NCBI RefSeq assembly: GCF_009834535.1
Contig: NC_045697.1
Location: forward strand, 91,514,001 to 91,578,000
Direction of reading: 5' to 3'
From: Camelus ferus
Taxonomy: Eukaryota
DNA length: 64,000 bases
Made by a program: the position numbers and the translations under genes. Below are positions 12,385 to 26,477 of this stretch, in pieces. The notes under the pieces are model-generated. The model made no database searches. It had not been told where the DNA came from and saw only the letters and a program-made list of their open reading frames with translations. How positions within the stretch are numbered: position 1 is the stretch's first letter; each line of letters begins with the position of its first letter.

Positions 12385-12580
12385 TTTATAAAGTGTTTAT
12401 TAGGTATCCCTATTTTACTTTATTCCAATCTAATAATAGATTGTTATTATCTCCAATTTATAGATGAGGAAACTAAAGCACAAAGAGGTTAAATAACTTG
12501 TCCAAGGTCTTCTAAGTAATGGAGCTAGGAGTGAAACAGGAAATCAGTCCAAGACTCCACACTCATGACCAGTATACTAC
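12385..12580 (-). mobile_element. MIR SINE
   Basis: Core ttatagatgaggaaactaaagcacaaagaggttaaataacttgtccaaggtc. Confidence 0.85.
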
Positions 12581-12652
12581 ATGAATAATATATCAGATAA
12601 AAATAATAAAAGCCACCTAAGAAAAGAAGAAAATAATAGTTAATTGACCTAC

Positions 12653-12708
12653 CTTTCATTTTCCTTGATGACATTTTCAAGCTGTAGTTTCATTTCACCT
12701 GTCTGTTT
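12653..12708 (-). CDS. SCLT1: SCLT1 coding exon 5 (56 nt): KQTGEMKLQLENVIKENE(R)
   Basis: ttctttcAG acceptor, GTagg donor; matches recalled KQVGEMKLQLENVIKENER. Confidence 0.95.
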
Positions 12709-14013
12709 CTGAAAGAATAAAATATCGTTGTAGGAAAACATTTTCCACATAATTAGATCTGAAATGGATTAAGTAGTCCATCCATCTGCAAGTAACCAGA
12801 TATGACTCTAGTCTACAGATAAGAAATAATTATTCTTCACTTCTAACAAGCAATATTAAATATAGGTATTTTCATGATATGCAGAACATGATAAAACACT
12901 TGGAATAGAATATAAAAGTATTTTATATAAAATTTACAAAATATTTATAAATAATTCCTATGATTTCTAGATGTTTATAGGAAAACAGATGAAAGATATT
13001 CCTCAGTATGTCACCATAACAAATACCAGATGATATCTAGACTTTGAATGTATATCTTAATTAATCGATCTTAGGTGAAGCCCATCTAAGTGCTTTTATT
13101 TCAAAAAGTAAAATGTTTATAGTGAAAAGAGAAAATAGAGATCTTCCTTAGCAGTAATTCATTCAGTCTCTGATCACCTTTTATTAATTGTCAAAACTCT
13201 CTGCACTATACAAGGCTGCCAACGTGGTTGCTAACACAAATTTTAGTAGGAAAGATGATAAAAAGTCACTAACTGAAATATAAGTAAGAATAAAATACAC
13301 ACTGTAAAGGAAATGAGATGAAGGTACGATTAATTTTCTTTGAGGGGATAAAGGGATTTTAGATTTCAAGATTAAAGGAAGGGCATTTCAAGTGGGGAGA
13401 AAATGAAGAAAAAAACATTAGATAACAAGGCATATAGTGAATTCTCAATAAAAGTAAATGAGCAGATGGAGATCAGAAAGGAGGGCATGTAAAATCATAC
13501 TTAAAACAAAACTGCAACCAATGCATGATATATCCATTAGTCTTGATTGGGTACTCTAGGTTATAGGAGAAGAGACAAGCCTAGAGTGAACCTGGTAAGG
13601 GAAGGGTGAAACATGCAATGCTTCAAGAGAAGCTCAAGGCAGCTTGGTCTAGGAAATCAGTAATAGCCAATTACATACAAAGCTGCCTTGAAAGGTGAAC
13701 CTTTCCCAGGCCCCTGCGGCGTCTGGATCACAATTAAACTAAAAATGAATAAATTCACTGCCAGATAACTGAGAACTGACCATACATGGAGTGATGCAAT
13801 GAGAGAAAAAACTGGAAAGGCAGGTGGCAGGTCTTGAATGCCATGATAACTAAGAGGCTTGGATTTCACTGTAGCAATGACCTCCATTTTGTAATTTTAA
13901 AAATAATGATCTTCAAAAGTTGCAAAAATATTAATGCATCTTGAAAAATATATATTATTCAAATAATTATGTAGGAGACATGCATAAACTAGGATTAAAG
14001 TTGGATCATTACA

Positions 14014-14918
14014 TATACATTACATTACAACAAAAGGCACATTAAAAAATGCTCAATATCACTAATTACCAGAGAAATGCAAATCAAAACTACGATGAGG
14101 TATCACCTCACACCAGTCAGAATGGCCGTCATTCAAAAATCCACAAATGACAAATGCGGGAGAGGCTGTGGAGAAAGGGGAACACTCCTACACTGCTGGT
14201 GGGAATGCAGTTTGGTGCAGCCACTATGGAAAACAGTGTGGAGATTCCTCAAAAGACTAGGAATAGACTTACCATATGACCCAGGAATCCCACTCCTGGG
14301 CTTATATCCAGAAGGAACCCTACTTCAGGATGACACCTGCACCCCAATGTTCATAGCAGCACTATTCACAATAGCCAAAACATGGAAACAGCCTAAATGT
14401 CCATCAACAGGTGACTGGATAAAGAAGATGTGGTATATTTATACAATGGAATACTACTCAGCCATAAAAACCGACAACATAATGCCATTTGCAGCAACAT
14501 GGATGCTCCTGGAGAATGTCATTCTAAGTGAAGTAAGCCAGAAAGAGAAAGAAAAATACCATATGGGATCGCTCATATGTGGAATCTAAAAAACAAAAAC
14601 AAAAACAAAAACAAAAACAACAAAAAACAAAGCATAAATACAAAACAGAAATAGACTCATAGACATAGGATACAAACTTGTGGTTGCCAAGGGGGCGGAG
14701 GGTGGGAAGAGATAGACAGGATTTCAAAATTGTAGAATAGATAAACAAGATTATACTGTATAGCACAGGGAAATATACACAAAATCTTATGGTAGCTCAC
14801 AGAGAAAAAAAATGTGACAACGAATATATATATGTTCATGTATAACTGAAAAATTGTGCTGAACATTGGAATTTGACACATTGTAAAATGATTATAAATC
14901 GATAAAAAATGTTTAAAA
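14014..14918 (+). mobile_element. Young 5'-truncated L1 with open ORF2 C-terminus (cysteine-rich [18 protein letters not shown])
   Basis: ORF 14077-14589; perfect 17-bp TSD AAAGTTGGATCATTACA at 13997-14013 and 14919-14935. Confidence 0.95.
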
Positions 14919-16988
14919 AAAGTTGGATCATTACAGTCACACTAAAGATTCTATACTGTAAAATATTTCAAAATAATTAATAGTTGGAAGGAAACAAAAT
15001 TTCAGCAGTATGTTCCGTATCACCAAATTTTCCCCTATTATTTGTATTTTCTGGAAGAAAATCTTTCATATAGAGAATTATAGTGATACTTGTTTTCAAG
15101 ATATACTATTTTTTGATTCAGTCAGTAAGATAAATCATAAACACTACTTCTAACCAATAAGATCTATGTGAGTAACTGTTCTTAGAAGTAGCTGTCAACA
15201 TCTTTTCTCTCTGTAAAAGTAGCAACTACTCTTATCATAGCCCTCTGGGCTTTCTACTACAGTTTCTTCTCTCTTGTAATTAATTCAGTAATCACTCTTA
15301 GATGGAGGATGCCAAATAGAAAAATGAAGTTAAACACCTTAGTAAAATCGCTGATTTAAGAGAGAAACAAATCAGAGAGATTACAAAAAATTAAAAATTT
15401 AAAGTAGTTTAATTTTAAGATAACCAGCTATTCCATTTTATAGTAAACCACAAGTCATAACAATTTCGAGAGAATGAATTCAGCAGAAACTTTAGACTCA
15501 CTAGTCCTAAAAATAAAAGCAAAATGCCATTTGTGCAAAAGAGTGCTTTCTGTTGCTCTTTGGCAATTAGAAAAAGAAATTACTATGGTTGGCTCAAACT
15601 TAAATGACCACAGGCTAAAAAGCAAACAGTAAAGACTAGGAGAAGACAATTATGACAAAACAGAAGCTGCAACTTAAAAGAAAGGCTTGTTTTTGAAATC
15701 TAGGTCTAAAGGATCACTTTATAAATAAATTTATTAGAAGATTAACCTTGGAAATGATAATATAAATAATTTCAAATGTAACAGAAGAACTTACATCTAT
15801 TTTTAGAAGCTGTAAGCATTATATGTTCTTTCAGTAAAGCTACATATCTATCCAGTAATTTATATATAGATTGTTAAACCAGATCTAATAATCTTGTTCC
15901 AATAAGCCCTGGCATTTATTCAGTCATCCAAAGCACAGAGTAGATTTCTTTCTTTCTGTCCATGTATGAAGAGAAAAGAAAGTAAGGGAGCAAATAAAAT
16001 TCTTAGCGTCTATCATATCCACAGCCCCATTCTAAGGAAATCAGTCTTAAGGGGTTGTTTTTATATCATGTTGTTATACTTTCTTCCATTTGCATTAAAT
16101 TAAGTCAACCCTGGTACCTTTGTCACAACTGACTTGATCCAGGGTATCTGAGCCAAAAACAATGATGAGTATATTCAAACTCTAGGAAAGAGTGGTCATC
16201 ACCTCCTGGTGGGTTTAGCTTGAGACATAAGAAATGTTTCTGTTGTATGATTATCCAATAATCAGAAAGATCAAAGTTTAGGAGGAAAATGTAAAAAACA
16301 TTTTCAAATCAAAGAAACATTATAAATATCATGTATACTCTAAAAATGTAGCTCATTGAAACTCAGATTTTATCCTGAACAATGCTGTATTATGATTCTG
16401 GTTCTCCATGTATCCCATCTTAGAAATTTTGAGATTCAGAATGACAACCTGTCTATATAGACAGCTTTCTTGGTTTCTTCACTTCCTTCAATTCTAAAAT
16501 CCTCTAAAGAGGATTTCAGCAAAAAGCTGCCACAGCTTAAGTCTATATCAGAAGTACATCAAAGCATCTAAAATCTGATAGACAGATATCTGAAATTGAG
16601 GGAAAAAAATATATTCTCCAAATAATGGGAAATATAAGTAAAATGAGGGGAGAGAAAGAGAGATCTAAAAGGATGTGAGATGGTTTGGGGTCTTTCTGGG
16701 GTAAAAATCAAGATGTAAGCAAATAATAATGAGATAAGAGATGCTCCTACCAGATACCAAGAGCAAGGAAACAATGGATCAAAAGACAAAACCAAAGACA
16801 ATCTTGAAAACATACATGCAAACAGACAAACACGCACACACTCTTACGCTCACAGAGAGTCAAGAACTGATTAGTTAGTTACAGGTAAATCTTTTCTTCC
16901 TCATCAATGTTTTTGAAAAGAAAGGGAGTCTATTTTTCTTTTTTTATAAGAAAATATTATAAAAAGATTGATAACGATGATTTCATAC

Positions 16989-17061
16989 CTGATAATATTT
17001 CAGCTGCCCATTTAGCTCTTCCAGACGCTTATCATACTCAGTAATAAGAGGAGCTAAAAAG
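16989..17061 (-). CDS. SCLT1: SCLT1 coding exon 4 (73 nt): (S)FLAPLITEYDKRLEELNGQLKYYQ
   Basis: tttctttAG acceptor, GTatg donor; matches recalled SFLAPLVTEYDKHLGELNGQLKYYQ. Confidence 0.95.
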
Positions 17062-17196
17062 CTAAAGAAAAATTACAAAGTTAAAAGATACATATTCTGT
17101 TTAGTTTAATAAATATGTAACATGAAATAAATTAAACATCAGAACTTTTATTCTAATTTTATCCAAAGCAATCAATACTTTGCCTTTTTCTTAAAC

Positions 17197-17419
17197 CAGA
17201 GGTTCTCAACCTTAGCTCAGTATTTTAGGCTGAATAATTTTCTGTTATAGGGGCTGACTTGTGCACTGCAGAATGTTTAGCAGCATTCCTGGACTCTACC
17301 CATTAGAAGTCAGCAGCACCCTTACCTCCCACAGCTGTGACTAAGCAAAAATGTTTCCAGACATTGTCAAGTAACTGGAAGGGGAAGGGAGGCAAAAATC
17401 ACCCAGCTGAGAACCACTC
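17197..17419. mobile_element. MER20 hAT-Charlie DNA transposon relic
   Basis: Termini cagaggttctcaac / gctgagaaccact; internal aatgtttagcagcattcctggactctaccc matches recalled MER20. Confidence 0.85.
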
Positions 17420-17551
17420 TTACAGACTATAATACTAGCTTTTTTTCCTTTGTCAATTCAATGACAGATCACTTAAACCTAATTACACCAGACCATAAAA
17501 TAAACATTAATAACACTAAAAGGATTATTTTAACAATAATTAAACATAATT

Positions 17552-17670
17552 GGCGGGGGGAGGTATAGCTCAGTGGTAGAGTGCATGCTTAGCAAACACA
17601 AGGTCCTGAGTTCAATCCCCAGTACTGCCACCCAAAAATAAATAACTAAATAAACCTAATTACCCCCCCA
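17552..17670 (+). mobile_element. tRNA-derived SINE (camelid Vic-1-like), followed by (CAA)n and a short L1 3' tail to ~17770
   Basis: A box TAGCTCAGTGG, B box GAGTTCAATCC, tail aaataaacctaattacc. Confidence 0.85.
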
Positions 17671-17827
17671 AATGAAGTTCTGCTTCTTAAAGCAACAACA
17701 ACAACAACAACAACAAAAGACTAGAAATTGACACAACTTTGTAAACTGACTATACTTCAATAAAAAATATATATATACAGGAGGACAAAATTAAGAAAAT
17801 ACTATTTTTCTGGTAACTCAACGTCAC

Positions 17828-17886
17828 CTTTGATCAACGATTGAGTTTTCCAATGTGTCATCTCCATCTCTTTTGAAGACAGCTTT
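17828..17886 (-). CDS. SCLT1: SCLT1 coding exon 3 (59 nt): KAVFKRDGDDTLENSIVDQ(S)
   Basis: ctgttatAG acceptor, GTgac donor; similar to recalled KAVCQGEGDDTFENLVFDQS; phases consistent. Confidence 0.92.
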
Positions 17887-17999
17887 CTATAACAGAAAAT
17901 ACTGCATCTTAAAACTTTGTTTTCATTCACCACTCTAACCAAAACTGACAGTAGTTTAAAATTAAATATAATTAAAAATTTTATAGCCTTAAAAAATCT

Positions 18000-19540
18000 A
18001 TTATTGCACTTTCAAAAGAGAGAAAGAGAAAAAAATAATCATCTTAACTGATGCTTTAAAAAATGTATTTGGTAATTTTTAACACTTATACATAATAAAA
18101 AACTCTTGGTAAACTAGAAATAGGAAACATCAGAAGTACTGCATTAAATTCAGTAATACAAGGCTGCTCACTATTACTGAGAAAATTCAACGTAACACTA
18201 AAGGTTCGTCAATGGAATCTGTTGGGTGGATGGTGCTAGGAGAGCTAAAGGTTGAAAAGGAAGATACAATACTAACCTCATTTACAGACAATTTGACCAT
18301 TTACCTAGAAAACACTATACATAATCTACCAATTATTCAGACCAATAACAATGCACCAAGTCACCAGATAGAAGATCAGCAAAAAGAAACAGCTGCTTTC
18401 CCAAATACCAGCATTAAACAAAATGTAATAGGAAAAATATCGTATTCCCTACTATACGGCAGTACTTAAAAATAAAATTTTTAAATGTTGTAATAACTTT
18501 ACTGAAAAATTAACTTTATTGAAGGACTTAAAAAAAGGGAACTATATCATATCCATGTGTGGAACAGTCAATATTATAAGTACATCGATTCTTTAAAATT
18601 CACTGCAAGTGCAATGTAATTCAAAAAAAAAAAAAGCCAATGGAATAATTTATGAAACCTGATCTTAAACAGATATTAAAGTTCCCATGCATGAATAAAT
18701 GTGCAAGAATAGCCAAGATCATCTGGTCAAAAAAAAAAAAAAAAAAAAACAACAAACTGTAATACTAAAGTAATTAAAACAATATAGTACAAACACAGAA
18801 ACAACATTATAGAAAATTCAGAAATAGACACAAGTACTTATGGAATGTTGTATACAAAAGAAGTGAAATTATAACTGATGGACAAAGTACTGCTTTTCAA
18901 TACTAGTGTTGGGCAAAAAAATAAAAGTAGATTCCAGCACATACCAAATGGAAAAATAAATTACAGTTAGATTAAAGATTCAAATGTTTTAAAAAATACT
19001 TAACAACTATTGAAACAAAATGTATTATTAACCTTGAAATAGAGAAAGCTTTCTTAAGCTCCAAAAATGCAGAAAATTTTGTCTGTTTTGTTCAATATTC
19101 CAAGCATTGCCTGGCATTATCTCACTCAAAATACATTTTCTAACTGTAAGACATCAGCAGTTAATAGCTATAAACAGAAAGACTAATATATTTTACAATA
19201 TCCAAATTTAACAGTTCTATACAGCAAAAGATACCACAGCAAAGTTAAAAGGCTAGGGTCATTTTTAACATGATCAAATATGAAGTATCTAGTATAAAGT
19301 ATGGTGAAACATTCAAACACAAGGAGATGTACAAGAATGTTCAGTGCAGCTTTTACTGTAAGTTTTTTAAAAATCAGATAAATGAAAAATACAACAAAAT
19401 CCCATTAGGTCAAAGAATGAACAAACACGGCAAAAAGTTAAGAGTGAACAAAACTGGGTGGTGGCTATACAGATACTAGTTTTTACTATCCTCTATACTT
19501 TGATGTATGTTCAACATATATACATTTTAAATATAGGGAA
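18000..19540 (+). mobile_element. Ancient L1M ORF2/3' fragments
   Basis: Degenerate ORF2 peptide (LTSFTDNLTIYLEN, cf. LFADDMIVYLEN), A-rich strand. Confidence 0.6.
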
Positions 19541-19978
19541 TAATATATCTAAAGCATTTAGCATAATTCCCGAACATGGAGAGCTTTTAGTAAATCATAG
19601 CTCTTTATTTTTTTAATTTCTCTTTTCTGAATATGGGGGTAAAAAAATCTATTGGCTAACAAAGCTATATAAGAATTCAACCAACATGGGAAGGATTAAC
19701 TCTCTCAAAGCAAAACCTCCATAGATGTGTTCACATCACTCCAGAAGAACTACAAAAGGAATTAGACTAAAAGAAAGGTAACCTTCCAGAAAGAAATTGA
19801 TGAGTTAAAGAGTAAATGCATCCAGTAGTCTATGTAATTAACTCAGGGAGTGGTTTGCTCAGTTCTAGAGCAATGAAAAATTTATTGTATTTTTTAAAGA
19901 ATTAATTAAGACTCAAGTCCTATTTTAACTTTAAATTGTTCCAAAACTGGTTTAAAAGCTTCTGGATATAACTAAATA

Positions 19979-20280
19979 CAGTTGACCCTTGAACAACTCA
20001 GGGGTTAGAGGTGATGACTAGCAGTCAAAAATCCACACACTGGTATCTCTGCCTCAAAAACAAAGGAATTGACAAATACTCAAGGGTAGGAAGCTGAAAT
20101 AATCTGGATAGAATTAGGACTCAAACTTTAGTTCTTTTGATTCTACATATTGTGATATCTAAGCTAACGAAAAGCTTTCCATACACTTAGTTAATTTAAA
20201 GATCTGTAAACTGAAAATACAGGTACTATATTTACTGAAAAAAAGCTTGCACCTAAGACAACTCTTGCAGTTCAAAGTTA
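19979..20280. mobile_element. Tigger2-like fragments
   Basis: ta-CAGTTGACCCTTGAACAAC terminus; degenerate opposite end ~20190-20280. Confidence 0.55.
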
Positions 20281-22127
20281 ATTATAGTTTAAACTTTAAA
20301 AGTATTATTTCCCAAATTTCTTAGAATTTTTTATAAAATCAAAATCAGCTATCAATGTTATGACTGATAGTTGGAGATGGATGACATTTTGCAAAATAAT
20401 TCAAACCCTTACTTCCCACCCATCAATTTTAAGTTTCCTAATTGTTATTCTTATCACGTTTCTCTCCACTTTCATCTATCTTATAGACAGCATCATGCCT
20501 GAACTATTATGTTATCATAGTTTAACACAATGCCTTACTTACAACAGATGCACAATATATTAGTGATAAATAAATCTGTTCCAGGTAATTCAGAAAACCA
20601 TTCTTCTAAAAAATATCAAGTAATTATCTAGTGCATATTAAATTAAATCCAAACTATTCAACTTAACCATTCAAGGTTCTCTACAATGTGGAAACAACCT
20701 AACTTCCCTAATGTTACTTTCAATTACTTCCCTCACATATACCAAACAGATTACACAAACTGAAGTATGTTTTAATCCCTAAATATAACTTATTTTCTCA
20801 CCTCCTTGGCTTCTCATCAAGCCAGTGGGTCCATCTGCAGTGCTCTCCACCACCCCTTCTTTTGGCCCCCAGTGAAATTCTTTTGAAATCCTACCTACTC
20901 TTCAGTGTCCATCAGATATGCTACACCCTTTAGGGAACTTTCCCAGATCTCTCCAGCTGCATATGATCTCTTTTTCTTCCTTGATATCCATATTTGGTTT
21001 TAAGGTTCTCAAGTTTCAAATAATATACCTCTAACCTAATTATTTAATATTTCTCATACCATATTTTCATTAGTCTCTAGGTTCCTATGAAACAGTAATT
21101 TTATTTTACATACCTTTCTATCACTAAAGCCCCTGGCATAGTGCCTTACATAAAGATGGTGCTCAATATACTGCTTAAGCTGAATTCTGTGAAGACACTG
21201 TTCCAAAACTATTTTCTAACAACAGTTGCTAAGGAAATACAAATACAAGAGTAAATGACCCAATAATCCAAAGTAATTATAGAAGTTATTAAGATTCCAA
21301 AAATAAACGTAATAAATCAAAACATAAGAAAAACATCTGAAAATAAAAATACAGATTCAGCAATCCCTTTCAACTTGCTAGAAAAATTTCTGGAATAAGA
21401 GACTGCATTACTTAGAAAGTGGAGACCTAGAGGGAAAAAAATCAGGTTAGAAAAATAAGATTGAAATTGACTATAAAAGCATTTATAAGACTTCTTATAT
21501 TCTCAAACAAAATTTAAACAAACTATACAAACTAAAGAATTTTATAAATCTTAAATCTTGAATAATGGATACTGTAACATTAATTTCTATCTATTTTGAT
21601 CCCAAGATGACTTCTTAAGATGATAGTGATGGTATATCACACAAAGAATGTCAGTAATACAGGATTGTAGTCAGGGAAACAAACTTTTTGGACACTTTTC
21701 TTCCTCTAATTAACAAAACTACATATGTTCTAAGTATTGTAATTATAATTCAGTATGTTTAATTTTGTATCCCTGACTTCAATCAGTATCACTGGCTATC
21801 AAATAAGTAAGTGGCATCCTTACCTCTATCCTTCAGAAGAAAATAAAGTACAGGTAGACTAACATTTTGTGAAGGTGGTCTTGTACATTTTAGAGGGTTG
21901 CAGCAAACCCTTAAGTCTTTCTCATTCATATCATGAGGAAACAGATTTTCATCACTTATAAATAAAGGTTGATGTACAACATGGGAAATTGAGAAACTTT
22001 TACATTCAGACTCCTTAAAGTACTAAATCATTGATTACCTATCCTTATGATGGAATGATGCAAAATCAACACTTCAAGGTTATTACCCGAGTACTTCATC
22101 ACATGGCATCATATGGAGAGTCTAGAA

Positions 22128-22332
22128 CTACACTGTCCAACACAATAGTCATAAGCCACAGTAGTCTATTGAAATTTAAATTTCATTTTTTAAGTGAAAA
22201 TTAAAGACCTGGCAGCTCTGTAAGCCTAATTTCAAGTATTCAAAAGCTCCATGTGATACTGGCTACCATACCAAACAGTACAGAATTATACAACATTTCT
22301 ATGATCACAGGAAGTTCTACTGGATAGCAATG
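22128..22332 (-). mobile_element. MER3-like hAT element
   Basis: acactgtccaa...ggctaccata...acatttctatgatcacaggaagttctactggatagc matches reverse of recalled MER3. Confidence 0.75.
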
Positions 22333-25009
22333 GTCTAGAAAGCTAATAATCTGACTTATGTAGTAAAAACGGTTTGTTATATTTTACCTGACAAGTCTTA
22401 TATTTTTAAACTCATGATCAACAGAAGTAGCTCCTCTTTTTTTATGTAAATTTCAAATAACTATTATTTGATTACAGTTGGAACCAGCTCTTATACCTTA
22501 TACAAGACATGCCAAATTTCTTCCCACCTCTGTCTCTTTTTGGTCCATTCTTTGGCTTGTTCTTCACTTTGAGTGCCAACTTAAATGTTACTGCCTTAGA
22601 CAAGCCTTCTCTGACCTTTCTACCAAAAATGGGCCCCAGCCATCACCACACTACATACACATTAATCTCTATCTCAGCACCCTGTTTATTATGTTCACAG
22701 GATATTACAGTTTTCATTCAATCATTCATTCATTCATTTATTCATATCTCTTCCACTGAAGAAGGATCTTTTTTCTTATCTTATTCATAGCTCTGTCCCC
22801 AGAGCTTACTTAGCAAAGGAATATACTCAAAATTTGTTGAATTAATATATTAATGTTTATTATATTAGTGAATCGGTAAGTAAATTTGCACTATGACTGT
22901 CTTTCCTCTACAACCAACTCGTACCTCCTGACATCATGCTTTTTTATTTATTTATTCTTTCCTCTTCTTTCCAGTTTATGTGTTTCCTTTCTTTCCCAGC
23001 AGACTACCTCTCAATTTTTTTTTTAACTTTAATTTTGAGTTCAAGGGGTAAAAAGTAGAAAAAGTCCCAACCTAGAAGAGGAAGATATTTTTAGGAGAGC
23101 TTTTAGAGAAAATAAACTTATTTTTAATATTCCACCCGGTCCCTCCAGCAAGTACAAAGAGAACAAAAACACGAATCCCACCCCTCAGTACACAAATGTA
23201 CTAGCATGGTATAGACTGCAAAGAAGATTCAATTAGCTTGCTTGTGAGAAAAGGCAGGGATTCAATGGGGAATAAAAAATTGGGAAAAAAAATGGGAGAA
23301 GAGGAGTATTTCCCATTCACTTTCTTGAATAAAATATTTTACTTATCTTTGAATATTTGTCATCCAGTGCCCACTACTACACTCTCAGAGAGCAATGTTA
23401 CTTGAAACACTTTATTTATATAAAAAACACAAAATAATCAAAGAAAGACAACTAAATTTGAAAATAACTTGAAGGGATCACTCAAGAAACTAGTTGCTAT
23501 TTAAAATATCTTTATAAGGTTACATACAATTAAAAGAAGGGAAAATATTTTTTAAAAGATGAATAAATTATGAAAGTATTGTGAACCAAATACATTAAAT
23601 ATACAAGCTACTCAACACATTGGAAGAGTCCAACTTTCAGTTTAAATCCAAAGAATTTATACATCATTAGTTACTATAAATGTATCATTTCCCCAAGAAT
23701 ACTATACAAAATACCTTAAGGTAATTCATAAAACTTATACTTTGATCCAAAAGAAGTTGAAATAATCAGTATGTAGTAAAAGTACTTAAGAATTTTAACT
23801 ATCACTTACAGTAGTTTCTATAGAAAACCATGTTTGAAGTTCCAGCTTAAAATATAAGAAATAAATATCAAACTCTGAAGCTTTGTTTTTTCAATATTAG
23901 AAAAAGGTTTCATAAAATACGTCCATTTAACACAAGTCCTGGAAATTTTATGGTACCTAGTGTGAGAAAGAAGGGACACTTCATTGGAATTTTATCCCTA
24001 AAAATAGAACTAAAAAGCATGAACTATTTGTATTTCCCAAGTGATCATGACTCTTGACGTCTCCACTTTCAATGTATTTGGCACATGGAGCTCAAATGAT
24101 GCAAGAAGATAAGTAGGTAAGAGCGAAGAAGAGGAAGGATATAGTTGTTTCATTAAGTCAACAAGTATTTATTAAATATTTATTGTATCTAACAAGAACT
24201 TTTCTAGAAACTTGGAAAATGCAGCTGAACAAAAAAGGCAAGCAAATTTTTAAAGAATTTCTGTTGCTAGTAGCAATGACTAAAGCTACAGTGACAAGAG
24301 ATCTGAGCCAGTGCTCCTGGGTCCCATTTTCTCTTTGATAAAGGGTTCCTCCTACTTCTATGTCATTCTTTACTACAAAACAAACAGAAAACAAAAATAA
24401 AACAAAAAAAGAAATCCCCCTGAGCATTTTATCAGAAACCAGAATAATGTTTCTGGGGTGAAAAAAACCCCAAGAATGCACTACATGTGGCCAAGGATGT
24501 GGACCTTTCTGCTAGAAAGCAGATTAAACTCCCTTTCATGCTCTCATATGACCTCCCCTCTCACTATTGCAAACTGTGCAGTGAAAGGCAAGACCCATGG
24601 GGATTGGAGTCTTGAGACAGCAACATGTTCTGAAGAGATGGTAGACTACAGAGGAATCTTAGGCAGTAACAACATACTAACACTAAAAATAAGAAATAGA
24701 AATCAAGATTTGATCATATGATGACAAAAACAGTGTATGTAAAATAAGAAGGTGTACCTTCAGAGAATTAAGTCTACAATTTCACTAAAAAGTACTCTAT
24801 TATGTAAGGGAAAACCTGTTGCTTGCTATGTTACTATCAGGTTTTAATTAATTATAATCACGATACACAATTCAAGTGCATCTAAAGGGCCACCTAGAGT
24901 CATTATTTTATCTGTTAAAACCATCTTTCATAAACAAATCAGCCATAGATTCCAGTAGATATGATGCAATACCATGTCTAGAGGTCTTCTCAGGTTTTAA
25001 AATCAATCT

Positions 25010-25460
25010 TGCCAACTAAAAATTGGCACTTGCCACCTGCCTCTGCTTGGATGAAGTCACGAGCTGCTACAGACACTGACCTCCAACACTCCCTGAAAGG
25101 AGTGCAGGGTGGAGATCAGGAATGTGGCACTCTATGCTCTGGGAAAACTGGCAGAACAGGCCTTCAGATAGGTAGATATTTTCAGGAGAAGATTTTGAGC
25201 CCAAATTCTTGCATCGCCTCATATGCACTAAAATCATTATTGGTGACATCTGTTCCTTGTGACTAGCAGCAAGCCTCTGCCTAAATGTGTGCTTGACTGC
25301 ATATAAGCCACCTTCATATTATAATAGTGAGTTCCCCCCTGCCTCTTTGGAGCAGTTCCTCAGAGCTACCTGAGATGCTGTCTTCAGGGCTATAGTCCTC
25401 ATTCTACCCCAAATAAAACTTAACCCACAACTCTCACATTGTGTGATTTTATCTCAGTGA
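25010..25460 (+). mobile_element. ERV1-type solo LTR (MER41-like)
   Basis: TG start, cctcagagctacctgagatgctgtc motif, AATAAA near end; similar to the 27710 LTR. Confidence 0.7.
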
Positions 25461-26224
25461 TTTTATCTTTTGTCTGAATCCTCCCTTCAGGCATGTTCTA
25501 TATGACATTAAGCAGAAGCAAAAGAATCTAAGAATCTGAGCAAAAGTTAGCGACTGTTGGATTATGAAGATTCTCTAACACCTAGTATCTTAAAAACAAC
25601 TTCTTTTTAATATCTCAACAGCAATTTCAGTTTAATTTACAAAATTCATTTATGCCAAAAGCAAAGCACTTCTTTGCTGTTTCAGTAAAGAACTACCACT
25701 AATCCAGCAGCTATTTTTCTTTTAATATTCTCTAACTCTACGTCCACCAGTACATATACCTTATTGGTCAAAAAAAAATTTTTAACACATTATTTAAACA
25801 AAAACATACACCCAAGGAAAGATATAATAAAACAATGTCATATATTATTTACTGGGTTAGTTTATGCTTGTCATAATTTATGAGAATTCAGAGAGTTCAC
25901 ATTTCCAACTGGCTATATTCTGAAAAACAATTTTAGGATGTTTCAAAAGTCTAATCAATTCTCATTTTAGAATTCTAACATGTGAACACCATAGATAATA
26001 CATAAGCTTCAACTCTGGGGGGAAGAAAGGCAATTTCTACGGTCAAGGAATTTATATTCATTAAGCAAAAACACAAGTAGTCTTCCTTGTAAGAAGCAAA
26101 GCATTAAACAAACTTTCAACATCACATGGAATAATCTTAAATAGAATTCATTTTGCACTCATTCATAGATTATTTGCAATCAAATTTTAACTTAGTTTAT
26201 TAGACCTCAATTTAATTTACATAC

Positions 26225-26292
26225 CTGTACTGATGAATATTTGAAAAAATTTTCCATTTGATATTGCCTAAGAATGTCATTTAATCTTTGAT
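26225..26292 (-). CDS. SCLT1: SCLT1 exon 2 (68 nt): (N)QRLNDILRQYQMENFFKYSSVQ; first in-frame ATG at 26257-26255
   Basis: tttgtttcAG acceptor, GTatg donor; similar to recalled NRRLNEDFRRYQMESFSKYSSVQ. Confidence 0.92.
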
Positions 26293-26477
26293 CTGAAACA
26301 AAAAGAAAAACCAATTTGTAGTTCATTAGGCAATACTCAATTTTTAAAAAATAGAAATAACATAGATATTATTTGATATATGTAATACAAAACTGCTAGT
26401 CTTCACTGCTATTCAAAATAAAATGAATCCTCAGTTTTCACACACCATTTTAAAATTTAAGAATAGGCTATTCTATG

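Noticed and set aside
17556..17630. tRNA-like sequence (also at 43090-43155)
   Set aside because: No proper acceptor stem; SINE tail and TSD show it is a SINE head, not a tRNA gene
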